A stretch of DNA of 64,000 bases from Coriobacteriaceae bacterium (GTDB lineage Bacteria; Actinomycetota; Coriobacteriia; Coriobacteriales; Eggerthellaceae), in the NCBI GenBank assembly GCA_004555335.1, contig SFII01000001.1:5411-69410 (forward strand), in the 5' to 3' direction. Below are positions 17,286 through 29,366 of the stretch, piece by piece. A program made the position numbers and the translations under genes. The notes beneath the pieces were generated by a model. It worked only from the letters and a program-made list of their open reading frames with translations. It searched no databases and was not told where the DNA came from. Position 1 is the first letter of the stretch. Every line of letters begins with the position of its first letter.

Positions 17286-18857
17286 GTGACTGAAATCACC
17301 GCACAGTCTATCGACGACGCGCTGCGCAAGCAGCTCGATGCGCTGAACACAAGCGTTGAATCTCGCGAAGTCGGCACGGTAATTCAGGTTGGCGACGGTA
17401 TTGCCCGTATCGATGGCCTGAAGGACGCGATGGCTGGCGAATTGCTCGAATTCACCGGTTCCAACGGCAAGACCGTCTACGGCATGGCTCAGAACCTCGA
17501 AGAGGACGAAGTCGGCGCCGTACTGATGGGCGAGGTCACCGCAATCAAGGAAAATGACATGGTACGCACCACCGGTCGTATCGTGGAGGTTCCCTCTGGT
17601 CGCGCACTGCTTGGCCGCGTCGTGAACCCCTTGGGCATGCCTCTTGACGGCAAGGGCCCCATCGAGGCCGAGGCATATCGTCCCGTCGAATTCAAGGCAC
17701 CCGGTGTTATCTCCCGCCAGCCCGTTTGCGAACCCATGCAGACCGGCATCCTCGCAGTCGACTCTATGATTCCCATTGGCCGTGGCCAGCGAGAACTCAT
17801 CATCGGCGACCGCCAGACCGGTAAGACCGCTATCGCGGTCGACACCATCATCAACCAGAAAGGCCAGGACATGATCTGCATCTATGTTGCGATCGGTCAG
17901 AAGGCCTCTACGGTTGCCGGTCTCGTCGAGACCCTGGAAAAGCATGGCGCGATGGAATACACCATCATCGTCTGCGCTTCCGCAGCCGACTCCGCTCCTC
18001 TGCAGTACATCGCTCCCATGGCCGGTGCTGCAATGGGCGAATACTTCGTGTACAACGGCGTAGACGGCAAGCCCGCGAACGCCGAAAACCCCGGCCAGCA
18101 CGTCCTGTGCATCTACGACGACTTGTCCAAGCAGGCCGTCGCATATCGCCAGATGTCTTTGACCCTGCGTCGCCCGCCGGGACGCGAAGCATATCCTGGC
18201 GACATCTTCTACCTGCACAGCCGCTTGCTGGAACGTGCAGTCAAGATGTCCGATGAAAACGGCGGCGGTTCCATGACCGCTCTGCCTATCATCGAAACCC
18301 AGGCAGGCGACGTTTCCGCCTATATTCCTACCAATGTTATTTCCATTACCGACGGTCAGATCTTCCTGGTTACCGACCTGTTCTTCCAGGGCCAGCGCCC
18401 CGCAGTCGACGTAGGTATCTCCGTTTCCCGCGTAGGCGGCTCCGCTCAGACCAAGGCTGTCAAGAGCGTTGCAGGCTCCCTGCGTCTGGACCTTGCATCC
18501 TACCGTGAGCTTCAGGCGTTCACCCAGTTCGGTTCCGACCTGGACAAGGCAACCACCGACCAGCTCAACCGCGGTGCCCGCATGATGGAACTGCTCAAGC
18601 AGGGCCGTTATGTACCTATGGCTTTCGAAGAAGAAGCCATCGCCGTTTACGCTGGCAACCATGCCTATCTGGACGACCTGCCGGTAGAGGACGTCGTACG
18701 TTTCCGCAACGAGCTCATCGACTATCTGCGCGCTGCGCATGCCGATCTGCTGGCAGAGCTGCACGCTGAGAAGAAGTTCAATGAGGGCATCGAGGCTAAG
18801 CTGAATGTCGCCATCGAACAGTTCAAGCAGCAGTTCGTCGTTACGGACAAGGCTTAA
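17286..18857 (+). CDS. atpA: F0F1 ATP synthase subunit alpha
   Basis: Walker A GDRQTGKT and [32 protein letters not shown] start. Confidence 0.97.
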   Translation: MTEITAQSIDDALRKQLDALNTSVESREVGTVIQVGDGIARIDGLKDAMAGELLEFTGSNGKTVYGMAQNLEEDEVGAVLMGEVTAIKENDMVRTTGRIVEVPSGRALLGRVVNPLGMPLDGKGPIEAEAYRPVEFKAPGVISRQPVCEPMQTGILAVDSMIPIGRGQRELIIGDRQTGKTAIAVDTIINQKGQDMICIYVAIGQKASTVAGLVETLEKHGAMEYTIIVCASAADSAPLQYIAPMAGAAMGEYFVYNGVDGKPANAENPGQHVLCIYDDLSKQAVAYRQMSLTLRRPPGREAYPGDIFYLHSRLLERAVKMSDENGGGSMTALPIIETQAGDVSAYIPTNVISITDGQIFLVTDLFFQGQRPAVDVGISVSRVGGSAQTKAVKSVAGSLRLDLASYRELQAFTQFGSDLDKATTDQLNRGARMMELLKQGRYVPMAFEEEAIAVYAGNHAYLDDLPVEDVVRFRNELIDYLRAAHADLLAELHAEKKFNEGIEAKLNVAIEQFKQQFVVTDKA

Positions 18858-18869
18858 GGCAGGTAGCGC

Positions 18870-19781
18870 ATGCCGAACCTACACGACATCGAAAGGCGTA
18901 TCAGCTCCGTAAATTCTACGAAGCAGATCACGCGTACCATGGAAATGGTTTCTGCAGCGAAGATCCGCCGCGCTACCGAGCGCATGGAAGCTTCTGCTCC
19001 GTATTCCAACTCCATGAGTGAAATGCTGGCGAATGTCGCGTCGCGTGCGGCTGGCTCCGACAATCCGCTTCTTCAGGAACGCGAAGAGGTCAAGAGGATC
19101 CTGTACATCGCCGTGGTTTCCGACCGCGGCTTGGCAGGCGGCTTCAACTCGAACGTTCTGCGCCATGTCGAAAAGGACATCAAGGCAAAGGCTGCTGAGG
19201 GAATCGAAAGCCACGTCGTCGCATGCGGCAAGAAGGCTATCTCCTTCTTCAGCTTCCGCAACATCAACCTTGAAATGGTTTTCAAGGACCTGTCTGCGGA
19301 TCCTACCGTCGAAGAAGCGGCCGCAATCGCCATCAAGGCGATCGAGGGTTACGCTAACGGCGAGTACGACAAGGTCGTTCTGGTATACAACCACACCAAG
19401 AACGCTGCCGAGCAGGTTCTCTGCGAGGAAGTCGTATTGCCTGTTGACACTTCGAATGTCAGCACGCCAGCGGATTCGTCCGACGATAACGCCGGTGAAA
19501 GCACTGCGCAGGCTATCGCGGCCGATACCATTTTCGAGCCCGATACCGAAGCCGTCCTTAACGGATTGCTGCCCGCGTATGTGAAGACCATGATCTATCA
19601 TGGTTTGGTCGACAGCGCTGCCGGTGAGCAGGGTGCTCGTCGTACCGCAATGAAATCTGCAACCGACAACGCGAATGAAATGGTTGAGACCCTGCAGAGG
19701 TTCTACAACCGAGTTCGCCAGGGCGCCATCACTACCGAGATCAACGAGATCGTCGGCGGCGCCGCAGCTTTGGAGGAATAA
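18870..19781 (+). CDS. atpG: F0F1 ATP synthase subunit gamma
   Basis: I.SV.ST.QITRTMEMVSAAK at the N-terminus and ITTEINEIVGGAAAL at the C-terminus. Confidence 0.95.
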   Translation: MPNLHDIERRISSVNSTKQITRTMEMVSAAKIRRATERMEASAPYSNSMSEMLANVASRAAGSDNPLLQEREEVKRILYIAVVSDRGLAGGFNSNVLRHVEKDIKAKAAEGIESHVVACGKKAISFFSFRNINLEMVFKDLSADPTVEEAAAIAIKAIEGYANGEYDKVVLVYNHTKNAAEQVLCEEVVLPVDTSNVSTPADSSDDNAGESTAQAIAADTIFEPDTEAVLNGLLPAYVKTMIYHGLVDSAAGEQGARRTAMKSATDNANEMVETLQRFYNRVRQGAITTEINEIVGGAAALEE

Positions 19782-21215
<1,434 letters not shown>

Positions 21216-21216
21216 T

Positions 21217-21624
21217 ATGCCTAGTTTGACCTGCGACATCGTCACTCCGGCTCAGCTTCTGTACACGCAGGAATGCCACATGGTTGTTGTTCCCGGCGAA
21301 ATGGGTTCCATGGGCTTCATGAAGGATCATGCCCCGCTTGTCTCTTCTTTGGCCGACGGCATCGCACGCGTGTATTCCGACGCGAGCACTGTGGCGCAAA
21401 CCTATGCGCTCCAGGGCGGTTATGTCCAGGTGACTGGCGAAAAGGTGATCATTCTTGCTGACAGGGCCATCCCGGTTTCGGATATCGATCTGGCCGGCGT
21501 TCAGGCACAGGCAGCGGAATTGGAATCCCAGATTGCCAATCTTGCCGAAGGCAGCTCCGAGCGTGCCTTGCTGGACATCGATCTTGCCTGGTGCAAGGTG
21601 CAGGAACACGCAGTTACCGCATAA
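21217..21624 (+). CDS. atpC: F0F1 ATP synthase subunit epsilon
   Basis: 135 aa immediately after atpD, with the typical L.C.IVTP...VVVPGE.G..G N-terminus. Confidence 0.9.
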   Translation: MPSLTCDIVTPAQLLYTQECHMVVVPGEMGSMGFMKDHAPLVSSLADGIARVYSDASTVAQTYALQGGYVQVTGEKVIILADRAIPVSDIDLAGVQAQAAELESQIANLAEGSSERALLDIDLAWCKVQEHAVTA

Positions 21625-21656
21625 TAATTTCCTTGCATCGAGCGTTACGCTATCAG

Positions 21657-21684
21657 AGGCGCCCCTTTCGGGGCGCCTTTTCTT
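21657..21684 (+). terminator. rho-independent terminator of the atp operon
   Basis: Stem GAGGCGCCCC / GGGGCGCCTT with a TTTC loop, followed by TTTCTT. Confidence 0.85.
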
Positions 21685-21798
21685 GTATTGAAATGAATAT
21701 GGTCTTGCAAGAAGAATGGACGGTCGGTTTTTCTGTGGGACGTCTATGGAACAGGTGATGATGATTGGCGGGGGCTTAGCCGTCCATCTTGCATTCGC

Positions 21799-21810
21799 TG
21801 GTATGATTGG
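21799..21810 (+). promoter_or_regulatory. candidate extended -10 element (TGGTATGATTGG) upstream of dnaE
   Basis: One mismatch from the recurring TGGTATCATTG element. It lies 80 nt upstream of the dnaE start. Confidence 0.35.
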
Positions 21811-21889
21811 ATGCGGAAAATTACGGCGCCCTTGCGCCAACATTGCCAGAAGGGTTCATGCATGCTTAATGATCCCTGCCGGAGTCTGA

Positions 21890-24800
21890 ATGAGCATTGC
21901 GAGGCATCGAATGGGTTTCGTCCATTTACACAATCACACCGAATATTCGCTTCTGGACGGAGCGACCCACATCATCGATATGGTCAAACGGGCCGCCGAA
22001 TTGGACATGTCGGCCGTTGCAATCACCGATCATGGTGTGATGAGCGGCGTTCCGGAACTTTGCGACGCCTGCGCTAAAGTTGAAAAGCAGACGGGCAAGA
22101 AGGTCAAGCCCATCTACGGTTGCGAGGTTTATTTTACGACCGACGATTCCCTGAAGAGGGAGGGCAAACCCAGGCTGTATCACATGATCCTGCTTGCGAA
22201 GACGAATGAGGGCTATCACAACCTTGTCCGCTTGGTGAGCGAATCGCACGTCGAGAACTTCTATTACAAGCCCAGAACCACCCTAGATATGCTCAAGAGG
22301 TATTCGAAGGGGCTTATCGGCACGAGCGCCTGCATCGGCGGCATCATCCCGCAGCTTCTGGATAACCGCCAGTTCGAAGATGCGGTGATTTGGGCAAAAC
22401 GCTTTGCCGAGATCTTCGAACCGGGGGATTTTTACATCGAGCTTCAAGATCAGGGAATCATGACAGATTCGGGCATGACCCAGAACCAGCTCAATCAACA
22501 GCTTACCGAAGTTGCGCGCCAGGCCGGTTTGAAGACGACCGCCGCCAACGATTTCCATTACCTGACGAAGGAAGACGCGAGAGCCCAGGATCTGATGATC
22601 TGCATCGGCACCGGTTCGCAGTTGAACGATCCCGATCGTATGGCATTCCCTAACCAGGAGTTCTATATGAAGACGGAAGAGGAAATGCGCGAGGCAATGC
22701 GCGATTTCCCCGAGGCTTGCGATACCACGGTCGAAATCGCCGAGAAATGCAACGTCGAACTCGAGCGCGATTCCATTCTCCCTCGTTTCCCCCTTCCCGA
22801 AGGCGAAACGGAAGAGTCCTGGTTCCGCAAGCAATGCGAAAAGGGATTGATCTTCCGCTATGGCGATGAGAATACGAAGAGCATCCAAGACCTGCCCAAG
22901 GAAATCGTCGACCGCTACGAGCATGAAGCCGGCATCATCCTGCAGCAGGGCTTCCCCGCGTACTTCCTTATCGTTCAGGAATATATCCAATGGGCGAAAG
23001 AACACGGCATCGGTGTCGGCCCGGGCCGTGGTTCCGCTGCCGGCTCCATCGTCGCCTACGCCATGGAGATCACGGACTTGGACCCCCTGCCATACGGATT
23101 GATCTTCGAACGCTTCCTTTCCCCGGAACGCGTGGAGATGCCCGATATCGACGTCGACTTCGACGATCAGTATCGCCAGGACGTCATCGACCATGTCCGA
23201 GATGTCTATGGCGAAGACCACATCGCAGGCGTTATCACCTTCGGCAAGCTGCAGGCGAAGAATGCCGTCAGGGACGCCACGCGCGTACTGGGTTACAGCT
23301 ACAGCGCGGGCGACAGGCTGTGCAAGCTGATCGGCGACGAACTGGGCATCAGCATCTCCAAGGCGATCGAGACCAATCCCGACTTGAAGAATGCCTACGA
23401 AACCGAAGAAGAGGCGCGTACCATCATCGATGCGGCGCTTTCCATCGAAGGCCAGATCCGCGGCGAGGGAGTGCATGCCTGCGCAACCATCATCTGCCGC
23501 GACCCCATGTCCGACCACGTTCCCGTGAAGCGCGACACCAAGGGCGGCGGCATCATCACGCAGTACGACGGCCATTACACGCCTGATCTGGGTCTGCTTA
23601 AGATGGACTTCCTCGGCCTGCGCACCTTGGGCGTGATCAGCCGCGCTTGCAAGAACGTCTACGAGCGTTATGGAGTCGAGCTGAACCCGACTGACCTTCC
23701 CCTGGAAGACGAGAAGGCCTTCGATCTTATGTGCCGGGGCAACATGGACGGCTTATTCCAGGTGGAGAGCGCCCTGTACGTCACGCTGTTCGCGCGCATG
23801 CAGCCCCGTCAGTTCACCGACATCGTCGCATCGATCGCGCTGAACCGTCCGGGCCCCCTCCAGAACGGCTTCGTCGACGACTACGTGAACCGAAGGCAGG
23901 GCAAGTGCCCCGTCGTCTACTACGACGACCGCCTGCGTCCCATCTTGGAGGAAACCTACGGCACGATCGTCTACCAGGAGCAGCTGATGCAGATCTCCAT
24001 GGCGATGTGCGGTTTCTCTGCCGGTAAGGCAGACAAGCTGCGCAAGGCCATGGGTAAGAAGAAGCTCGACGTCATGCAGTCGTTGGAATCCGACTGGAAT
24101 ACCGGCGCGGAGGAAAACGGCTATTCCCTGGAAGTGGCGGGCAAGGTATGGAACGACGCCCTGCACTTCGCGGAGTATGCGTTCAATAAGTCCCACTCCG
24201 CCTGCTACGCGGTGCTTGTTATGCGCACGGCTTTCCTGAAGGCGCATTACCCCAAGGAATTCATGGCCGCAGTGCTGTCCAGCTACATGGGCAACAACGA
24301 CAAGCTGATCCACTACATCGCAAGCTGCGGTGCTTCGGGAGTGCAGGTGCTTCCCCCCGACATCAACTCGTCCAACCTGGAGTTCACGCCCGTAGACGAA
24401 GGCGTGCGTTTCGGTTTGGCGGGTGTGCGCGGCGTCGGTGAGAAGGTGGTCGAGGAAATCATCCGCGAGCGCAACGCGAACGGGCCCTATACCAGCTTGC
24501 ATGACTTCGTGTACCGCATGGATTCGAAGTGCTACAACCGCAAAACCCTCGAAGCGCTCATCAAGGCGGGCGCCTTCGATTCGACGGGCTATACCCGAAA
24601 GCAGCTCATGCGCTTCATCGACGAGACCACCTTGTTGGAGAGCGCCGCGAAGCGCCAGAAGGACAAGGATTCCGGTCAGATCAGCATGTTCGACATGTTC
24701 GCCGATGACGCCGACTCGGGTTTTTCCGAGGAAGTGCCCCCTCCCGATGGCATCGAGTGGGATAAGCGGACCTTGCTGTCCTACGAGAAGGAGATCCTGA

Positions 24801-25402
24801 AGATCTACGTTTCCGATCACCCCTTGCGGCCCTACCAGGCGCAATTGGCCCGCCTTTCCAAATTCCGTTTGGGCGATCTTGCGGAACGCGAGAAGGAAAT
24901 CAAGAGCGCAACCTTCGTGGGAATGGTTACCAATGTTGCGACCAAGCTCACCAAAACGGGCAAGCGCATGGCGAATTTCGTGTTGGAGGACACTACCGGC
25001 AAAGTCGATTGCGTGTGCTTCAAGTACGACGATTTCGCCCAGCATCTGGAAGAGGATGTGATCGTCCAGGTGAAGGGCAAGTACGAGGTATCCGATCGCG
25101 GAAACCAGCTGATGGCCTTCGAGATCAGCCGTCTGGAACTGCACGAGGAGGAGCCGGTGGACGATTCGCCCAGGAACGTCTCCATTTCGATCATGCAACG
25201 CGACATGACCCAGGACTCCATGGTCTTCCTCAACCAGATCCTGAAGAAGTACCCAGGTCAGGACGGGGTCGCCCTCATGGTCAGCCAGACCGATGGGCGC
25301 AAGTTCAGGGCGGAGCTGCCTTTGACGATCGATTCCCGTAACCGCGGGGTATACACGGAGCTGCATCAGCTGTTCGGCCGCCAGGTTTGGGAGGTGCTGT
25401 AG
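21890..25402 (+). CDS. dnaE: DNA polymerase III subunit alpha
   Basis: PHP domain start FVHLHNHTEYSLLDG, the PDIDVDF polymerase motif, and 1170 aa in length. Confidence 0.97.
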   Translation: MSIARHRMGFVHLHNHTEYSLLDGATHIIDMVKRAAELDMSAVAITDHGVMSGVPELCDACAKVEKQTGKKVKPIYGCEVYFTTDDSLKREGKPRLYHMILLAKTNEGYHNLVRLVSESHVENFYYKPRTTLDMLKRYSKGLIGTSACIGGIIPQLLDNRQFEDAVIWAKRFAEIFEPGDFYIELQDQGIMTDSGMTQNQLNQQLTEVARQAGLKTTAANDFHYLTKEDARAQDLMICIGTGSQLNDPDRMAFPNQEFYMKTEEEMREAMRDFPEACDTTVEIAEKCNVELERDSILPRFPLPEGETEESWFRKQCEKGLIFRYGDENTKSIQDLPKEIVDRYEHEAGIILQQGFPAYFLIVQEYIQWAKEHGIGVGPGRGSAAGSIVAYAMEITDLDPLPYGLIFERFLSPERVEMPDIDVDFDDQYRQDVIDHVRDVYGEDHIAGVITFGKLQAKNAVRDATRVLGYSYSAGDRLCKLIGDELGISISKAIETNPDLKNAYETEEEARTIIDAALSIEGQIRGEGVHACATIICRDPMSDHVPVKRDTKGGGIITQYDGHYTPDLGLLKMDFLGLRTLGVISRACKNVYERYGVELNPTDLPLEDEKAFDLMCRGNMDGLFQVESALYVTLFARMQPRQFTDIVASIALNRPGPLQNGFVDDYVNRRQGKCPVVYYDDRLRPILEETYGTIVYQEQLMQISMAMCGFSAGKADKLRKAMGKKKLDVMQSLESDWNTGAEENGYSLEVAGKVWNDALHFAEYAFNKSHSACYAVLVMRTAFLKAHYPKEFMAAVLSSYMGNNDKLIHYIASCGASGVQVLPPDINSSNLEFTPVDEGVRFGLAGVRGVGEKVVEEIIRERNANGPYTSLHDFVYRMDSKCYNRKTLEALIKAGAFDSTGYTRKQLMRFIDETTLLESAAKRQKDKDSGQISMFDMFADDADSGFSEEVPPPDGIEWDKRTLLSYEKEILKIYVSDHPLRPYQAQLARLSKFRLGDLAEREKEIKSATFVGMVTNVATKLTKTGKRMANFVLEDTTGKVDCVCFKYDDFAQHLEEDVIVQVKGKYEVSDRGNQLMAFEISRLELHEEEPVDDSPRNVSISIMQRDMTQDSMVFLNQILKKYPGQDGVALMVSQTDGRKFRAELPLTIDSRNRGVYTELHQLFGRQVWEVL

Positions 25403-26164
25403 ATGCCGACATTCGCACTGAAGCTTTCCTACGATGGGAAGCCGTTCTGCGGCTTCGCGCGCCAACCGGGCATGCTGACCGTGCAAGGCGAGCTGGAGCA
25501 TGCGCTCGAGATGCTCTACCGACGCCCCGTGCAGACCGTGTGCGCAGGCCGCACCGATTCGGGCGTGCACGCCCTGGGGCAGGTGGTGAGCTTCGATCTG
25601 ACCGAAGATGAGGCGGGCATCCGCCGCGACGATGCGCTCATGCGCTCGCTGAACGCCCTGACCCATGACCGCATGTCCGTATGCGAGGTGCTCCATCCCC
25701 AGGAAGGATTTTCCGCCCGTTTCGACGCGAAGGCGCGCGAGTACCGCTACTTCATAGCGAATACCTCATATCCGCCTTTGGTGATGGGCGATTTCAGCTG
25801 GCAGATCACGTCCCCACTCGACATCGGGGCAATGAGGGAGGGTGCCTCCTATCTGATCGGGGAGCATGATTTCAAGAGCTTCTGCATGGCGGTTTCCGCA
25901 GTGGGCAAGCCCACGTGCCGCAATGTGATCTCCATCGACATCGACCCGGTCGAGGTGATGGGCCAGCAGCTGATCTGCATCAAGGTGGTGGGAAGCTCCT
26001 TTCTGCATTCCATGGTCCGCACCATCGTGGGCACCCTGGTTGCCGTGGGACGCGGCAAGCGCAAGCCCGAATGGGTGGGCGAGGTGCTCGAGGCACGCCG
26101 CCGGGAAGCGGCAGGGGAAAATGCGCCTGCGCAGGGCTTGATTTTCTGGGAGGTCCGCTACTGA
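25403..26164 (+). CDS. truA: tRNA pseudouridine(38-40) synthase
   Basis: LSYDGKPFCGFARQP and CAGRTDSGVHALGQVVSF (catalytic Asp motif). Confidence 0.95.
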   Translation: MPTFALKLSYDGKPFCGFARQPGMLTVQGELEHALEMLYRRPVQTVCAGRTDSGVHALGQVVSFDLTEDEAGIRRDDALMRSLNALTHDRMSVCEVLHPQEGFSARFDAKAREYRYFIANTSYPPLVMGDFSWQITSPLDIGAMREGASYLIGEHDFKSFCMAVSAVGKPTCRNVISIDIDPVEVMGQQLICIKVVGSSFLHSMVRTIVGTLVAVGRGKRKPEWVGEVLEARRREAAGENAPAQGLIFWEVRY

Positions 26165-26508
26165 TGCCCGCGCGCAAGCCGCGGGTGCGGGCCTGCTGGG
26201 AATGCAAGGGCGGGAAGGTGTTCCTGGAACCGGAGAAAACAGGCGCGCTGTCCTCGCTCGTCCGTCGCGTGCAGGAGCGCGTAGGTGTCGGATTCCCTTT
26301 CGGGGAAAGGGGGACCGTCGTTCCTAACGAGCGAGATGGCGGCAAAGCCCGCCAGGGTGAACGGGCTGATCTTGGCCAGATGCCGCATTCCGCCCCCGTG
26401 CGTCCGGCATGCTTCAGGCAGCTTTATTCCTCGCGCGATGGGCGTTTCGTGGTCTTCGAGGATGCGCAGGGGCATCTGACTTCGGTGGATGCATCCCGAT
26501 TCGCATAA
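26164..26508 (+). CDS. hypothetical small protein (CxxC-containing), possibly translationally coupled to truA
   Basis: The ATG overlaps the truA stop (CTGATG). 114 aa with GC-rich third positions. No recognisable family. The competing minus-strand ORF looks less protein-like. Confidence 0.3.
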   Translation: MPARKPRVRACWECKGGKVFLEPEKTGALSSLVRRVQERVGVGFPFGERGTVVPNERDGGKARQGERADLGQMPHSAPVRPACFRQLYSSRDGRFVVFEDAQGHLTSVDASRFA

Positions 26509-26577
26509 GGGAAGGCCCGTTCACGTGCCGGACAGTGAAGCGGAATCCTTGGGAAGCGCTGCCTATCTGCAGGCTGA

Positions 26578-26619
26578 AGGCGGCATCGTTTACTGAACTA
26601 TGCCGCTTGCCGTTTTTTT
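26578..26619 (+). terminator. putative rho-independent terminator
   Basis: Stem GCGGCAT / ATGCCGC, then TTGCCG and a T7 run (26613-26619). Confidence 0.5.
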
Positions 26620-26724
26620 CGCGCCTGAAACATTCGAACTTGCTCAGGCAATGCGGCGGTTTGGGGAAAAACCGTTACAGTCTTGCGGATTGACAAAACT
26701 CAGGAGATTAAAAAAGGGGGATAC

Positions 26725-28104
26725 ATGGAAGAAAAGACCGTTTCCCGTTCTTCGTGGTCGGGCAAGTGGGCGTTCATTCTGGCGGCCGCCGCGTCTGCGG
26801 TCGGCTTGGGAAACATGTGGCGTTTCCCGTACCTTGCAGCAAAGTACGGCGGCGGCATGTTCCTTATCACGTACTTGGTGCTGGTAGTGACCTTCGGTTT
26901 CGCGCTGATGATGGTGGAAACCGCCCTGGGCCGCAAGACCGGCTTGAGCGCGATCGGCGCCTTCGGTGCCCTGAAGAAGAAGTACCGCTTCATCGGTGTC
27001 TTCCAGTCCATCATTCCCTTCATCATCACCCCGTACTACTGCGTGATCGGCGGTTGGGTTGCGAAGTACGCCTTCGCGTATCTGACGGCTGGCCCCGACG
27101 CGCTTGCGGATGGCGGCGGTTACTTCACCTCCTTCATCGCGGGCAACTATTCCAGCTTCTTCTGGATGGCGGTATTCGTGCTGCTCACCTGCGCAGTCAT
27201 CTTCTTCGGCGTCAAGGGCGGTATCGAGCGCTCCAATAAGATCCTCATGCCCCTGCTCATCGGCATGGCGCTGTGCATCTCCATCTACGTTATGACCATG
27301 CCCGGCGCATTCGACGGCCTGAAGTACTACCTGGTCCCCGATATCTCCAAGTTCAGTCCCGAACTGGTTATCGGCGCCATGGGCCAGATGTTCTACAGCC
27401 TGAGCTTGGCCATGGGCATCATGGTCACCTACGGCTCCTACATGAAGAAGGGCGACGACCTGGAGCACTCCGTCCGCCGCATCGAGATCTTCGACACCGG
27501 TATCGCATTCCTGGCCGGCTTGATGATCGTTCCCGCAGCCTTCGTTGCGATGGGTTCCGGCGAGGCGGTTGCGGAATCCTCCGGTCCCTCCCTCATGTTC
27601 ATCGTGCTTCCCCAGGTGTTCCAGTCCTTCGGCGGCGTCGCCACCGTTCTGGGCTTCGCATTCTTCCTGCTGGTGATGTTCGCGGCGCTGACCTCTGCAA
27701 TCTCCCTGACCGAAACCTGCGTTTCGATTGTCCAGGACTCCCTGAAGTCCTCCCGTCGCAGGGCCTTCGTCATCTGCACCATCTACGTGCTCGTTGCGGC
27801 GACGATCGTCAACCTGGGCTATAACGACCTGTCCTTCATCCAGCCGCTGGGCGAGGGTTCTTCCATCCTGGACTTCCTGGACTTCATCTCCAACTCCGTC
27901 ATGATGCCCATCGCATCCTTGATGACCTGCATCTTCATCGGTTGGATCGTGAAGCCGAAGGTGATCATCGACGAAGTCAAGATCTCCAGCAAGTTCAAGT
28001 CCGAGGGCCTGTTCGTGGTCATGATCAAGTACGTCGCCCCCGTTCTGGTCACGATCATCCTCATCGCCTACGTCGCAGCCCAATTCGGATTCTTCTCGAT
28101 GTAG
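26725..28104 (+). CDS. sodium-dependent transporter, SNF (neurotransmitter:sodium symporter) family
   Basis: WSGKWAFILAAAASAVGLGNMWRFPYLAAKYGGG is the NSS signature. The protein is multi-TM. ATG 26725 follows AAAGGGGGA. Confidence 0.93.
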   Translation: MEEKTVSRSSWSGKWAFILAAAASAVGLGNMWRFPYLAAKYGGGMFLITYLVLVVTFGFALMMVETALGRKTGLSAIGAFGALKKKYRFIGVFQSIIPFIITPYYCVIGGWVAKYAFAYLTAGPDALADGGGYFTSFIAGNYSSFFWMAVFVLLTCAVIFFGVKGGIERSNKILMPLLIGMALCISIYVMTMPGAFDGLKYYLVPDISKFSPELVIGAMGQMFYSLSLAMGIMVTYGSYMKKGDDLEHSVRRIEIFDTGIAFLAGLMIVPAAFVAMGSGEAVAESSGPSLMFIVLPQVFQSFGGVATVLGFAFFLLVMFAALTSAISLTETCVSIVQDSLKSSRRRAFVICTIYVLVAATIVNLGYNDLSFIQPLGEGSSILDFLDFISNSVMMPIASLMTCIFIGWIVKPKVIIDEVKISSKFKSEGLFVVMIKYVAPVLVTIILIAYVAAQFGFFSM

Positions 28105-28131
28105 CGCAGGCTTCTCAGAGAGCTCTTTCCA

Positions 28132-28164
28132 AAGGCCCGGCTGCTTGGCGGTCGGGCCTTTTTG
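28132..28164 (+). terminator. rho-independent terminator after the SNF transporter
   Basis: Stem AAGGCCCG / CGGGCCTT, followed by TTT. Confidence 0.65.
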
Positions 28165-28236
28165 CGCCCGGTATCCTTTGCGGGTGCGGTATCATAAATC
28201 AGTTAGACAGAATGGCAACGTCATAAAGGAATCACC

Positions 28237-29301
28237 ATGGCACTTTCCATCGGCATCGTCGGCCTGCCCAACGTGGGCAAGTCCACGCTGTTTACCGCCC
28301 TCACCAATAAGGGCGGCCTTGCGGCGAACTATCCCTTCGCCACCATCGAACCCAACGTGGGCATCGTTCCCGTTCCCGACGCCCGCCTGAACCGCCTGGC
28401 GGAAATCGACAATCCCGCACGCATCGTCCCCGCGACCGTCGAGTTCGTGGATATCGCCGGCCTGGTTGCGGGTGCGTCCCAGGGCGAGGGCCTGGGCAAC
28501 CAGTTCCTTGCGAACATCCGCGAAACCGACGCGATCTGCGAGGTTGTCCGTTTCTTCAGCGACCCGGATGTCGTGCATGTCGCCGGCAGGGTGAATCCCG
28601 CATCCGACGTCGACACCATCAAGACCGAGCTGATCCTGGCGGACATGGGAACCATCGAAAAGGCCATGCCCCGCTTGGAAAAGGAAGCGAAGAGGGATAA
28701 GTCCCTGGGTCTTCGCCTGGAAACCGCGAAGAAGGTCTACGAGGGCCTGAACGAAGGTAACCGCGCGCTTACCCTGGGGCTGACCGAGGAAGAGGCGAAG
28801 AGCATCTACGACCTGCATCTTCTGACCATGAAGCCCATGCTCTACATCGCGAATGTGGACGAAGATGCCATGAACGACGAGCTTCCCGAAATCGATGGCT
28901 GCACCCCGGTGCCCATCTCCGCGAAGATCGAGGCCGACCTGGCCGAATTGGATCCCGAAGAAGCCGCCGAGTATCTGGAGGCGCTTGGTCTGGAAGAAAG
29001 CGGCTTGGCCCGCCTCATCCGCGAGGCATACAAGCTTCTGGGCCTGCATTCCTTCTTCACCAGCGGCGAAACCGAAACCCGCGCATGGACCGTGCCCATC
29101 GGCGCCAAGGCCCCCCAGGCGGCAGGCGTCATCCATTCCGACTTCGAGCGCGGCTTCATCAAGGCGATCACCGCTTCCTTCGAGGACTACAGCGAGCTTG
29201 ACGGCGAGGCGGGATGCAAGGCTGCCGGCAAGCTGCGCCAGGAAGGCAAGGAATACGTGGTGCAGGACGGCGATGTCATGCACTTCATGTTCAACGTATA
29301 G
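28237..29301 (+). CDS. ychF: redox-regulated ribosome-binding ATPase YchF
   Basis: GIVGLPNVGKSTLFTALT, FATIEPNVG, DIAGLV.GAS.GEGLGN, and a TGS-like C-terminus. Confidence 0.97.
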   Translation: MALSIGIVGLPNVGKSTLFTALTNKGGLAANYPFATIEPNVGIVPVPDARLNRLAEIDNPARIVPATVEFVDIAGLVAGASQGEGLGNQFLANIRETDAICEVVRFFSDPDVVHVAGRVNPASDVDTIKTELILADMGTIEKAMPRLEKEAKRDKSLGLRLETAKKVYEGLNEGNRALTLGLTEEEAKSIYDLHLLTMKPMLYIANVDEDAMNDELPEIDGCTPVPISAKIEADLAELDPEEAAEYLEALGLEESGLARLIREAYKLLGLHSFFTSGETETRAWTVPIGAKAPQAAGVIHSDFERGFIKAITASFEDYSELDGEAGCKAAGKLRQEGKEYVVQDGDVMHFMFNV

Positions 29302-29366
29302 GAAAGACGTTTCGCGGGGCGCGCCGGACTCAAGAGGGCCGGCGCGTCTGCATGGAGAGGGGCGCG

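Noticed and set aside
26158-26475. A 105-aa minus-strand ORF downstream of truA
   Set aside because: It has no RBS and would be convergent into truA. The plus-strand frame coupled to the truA stop is a slightly better, though still weak, candidate.
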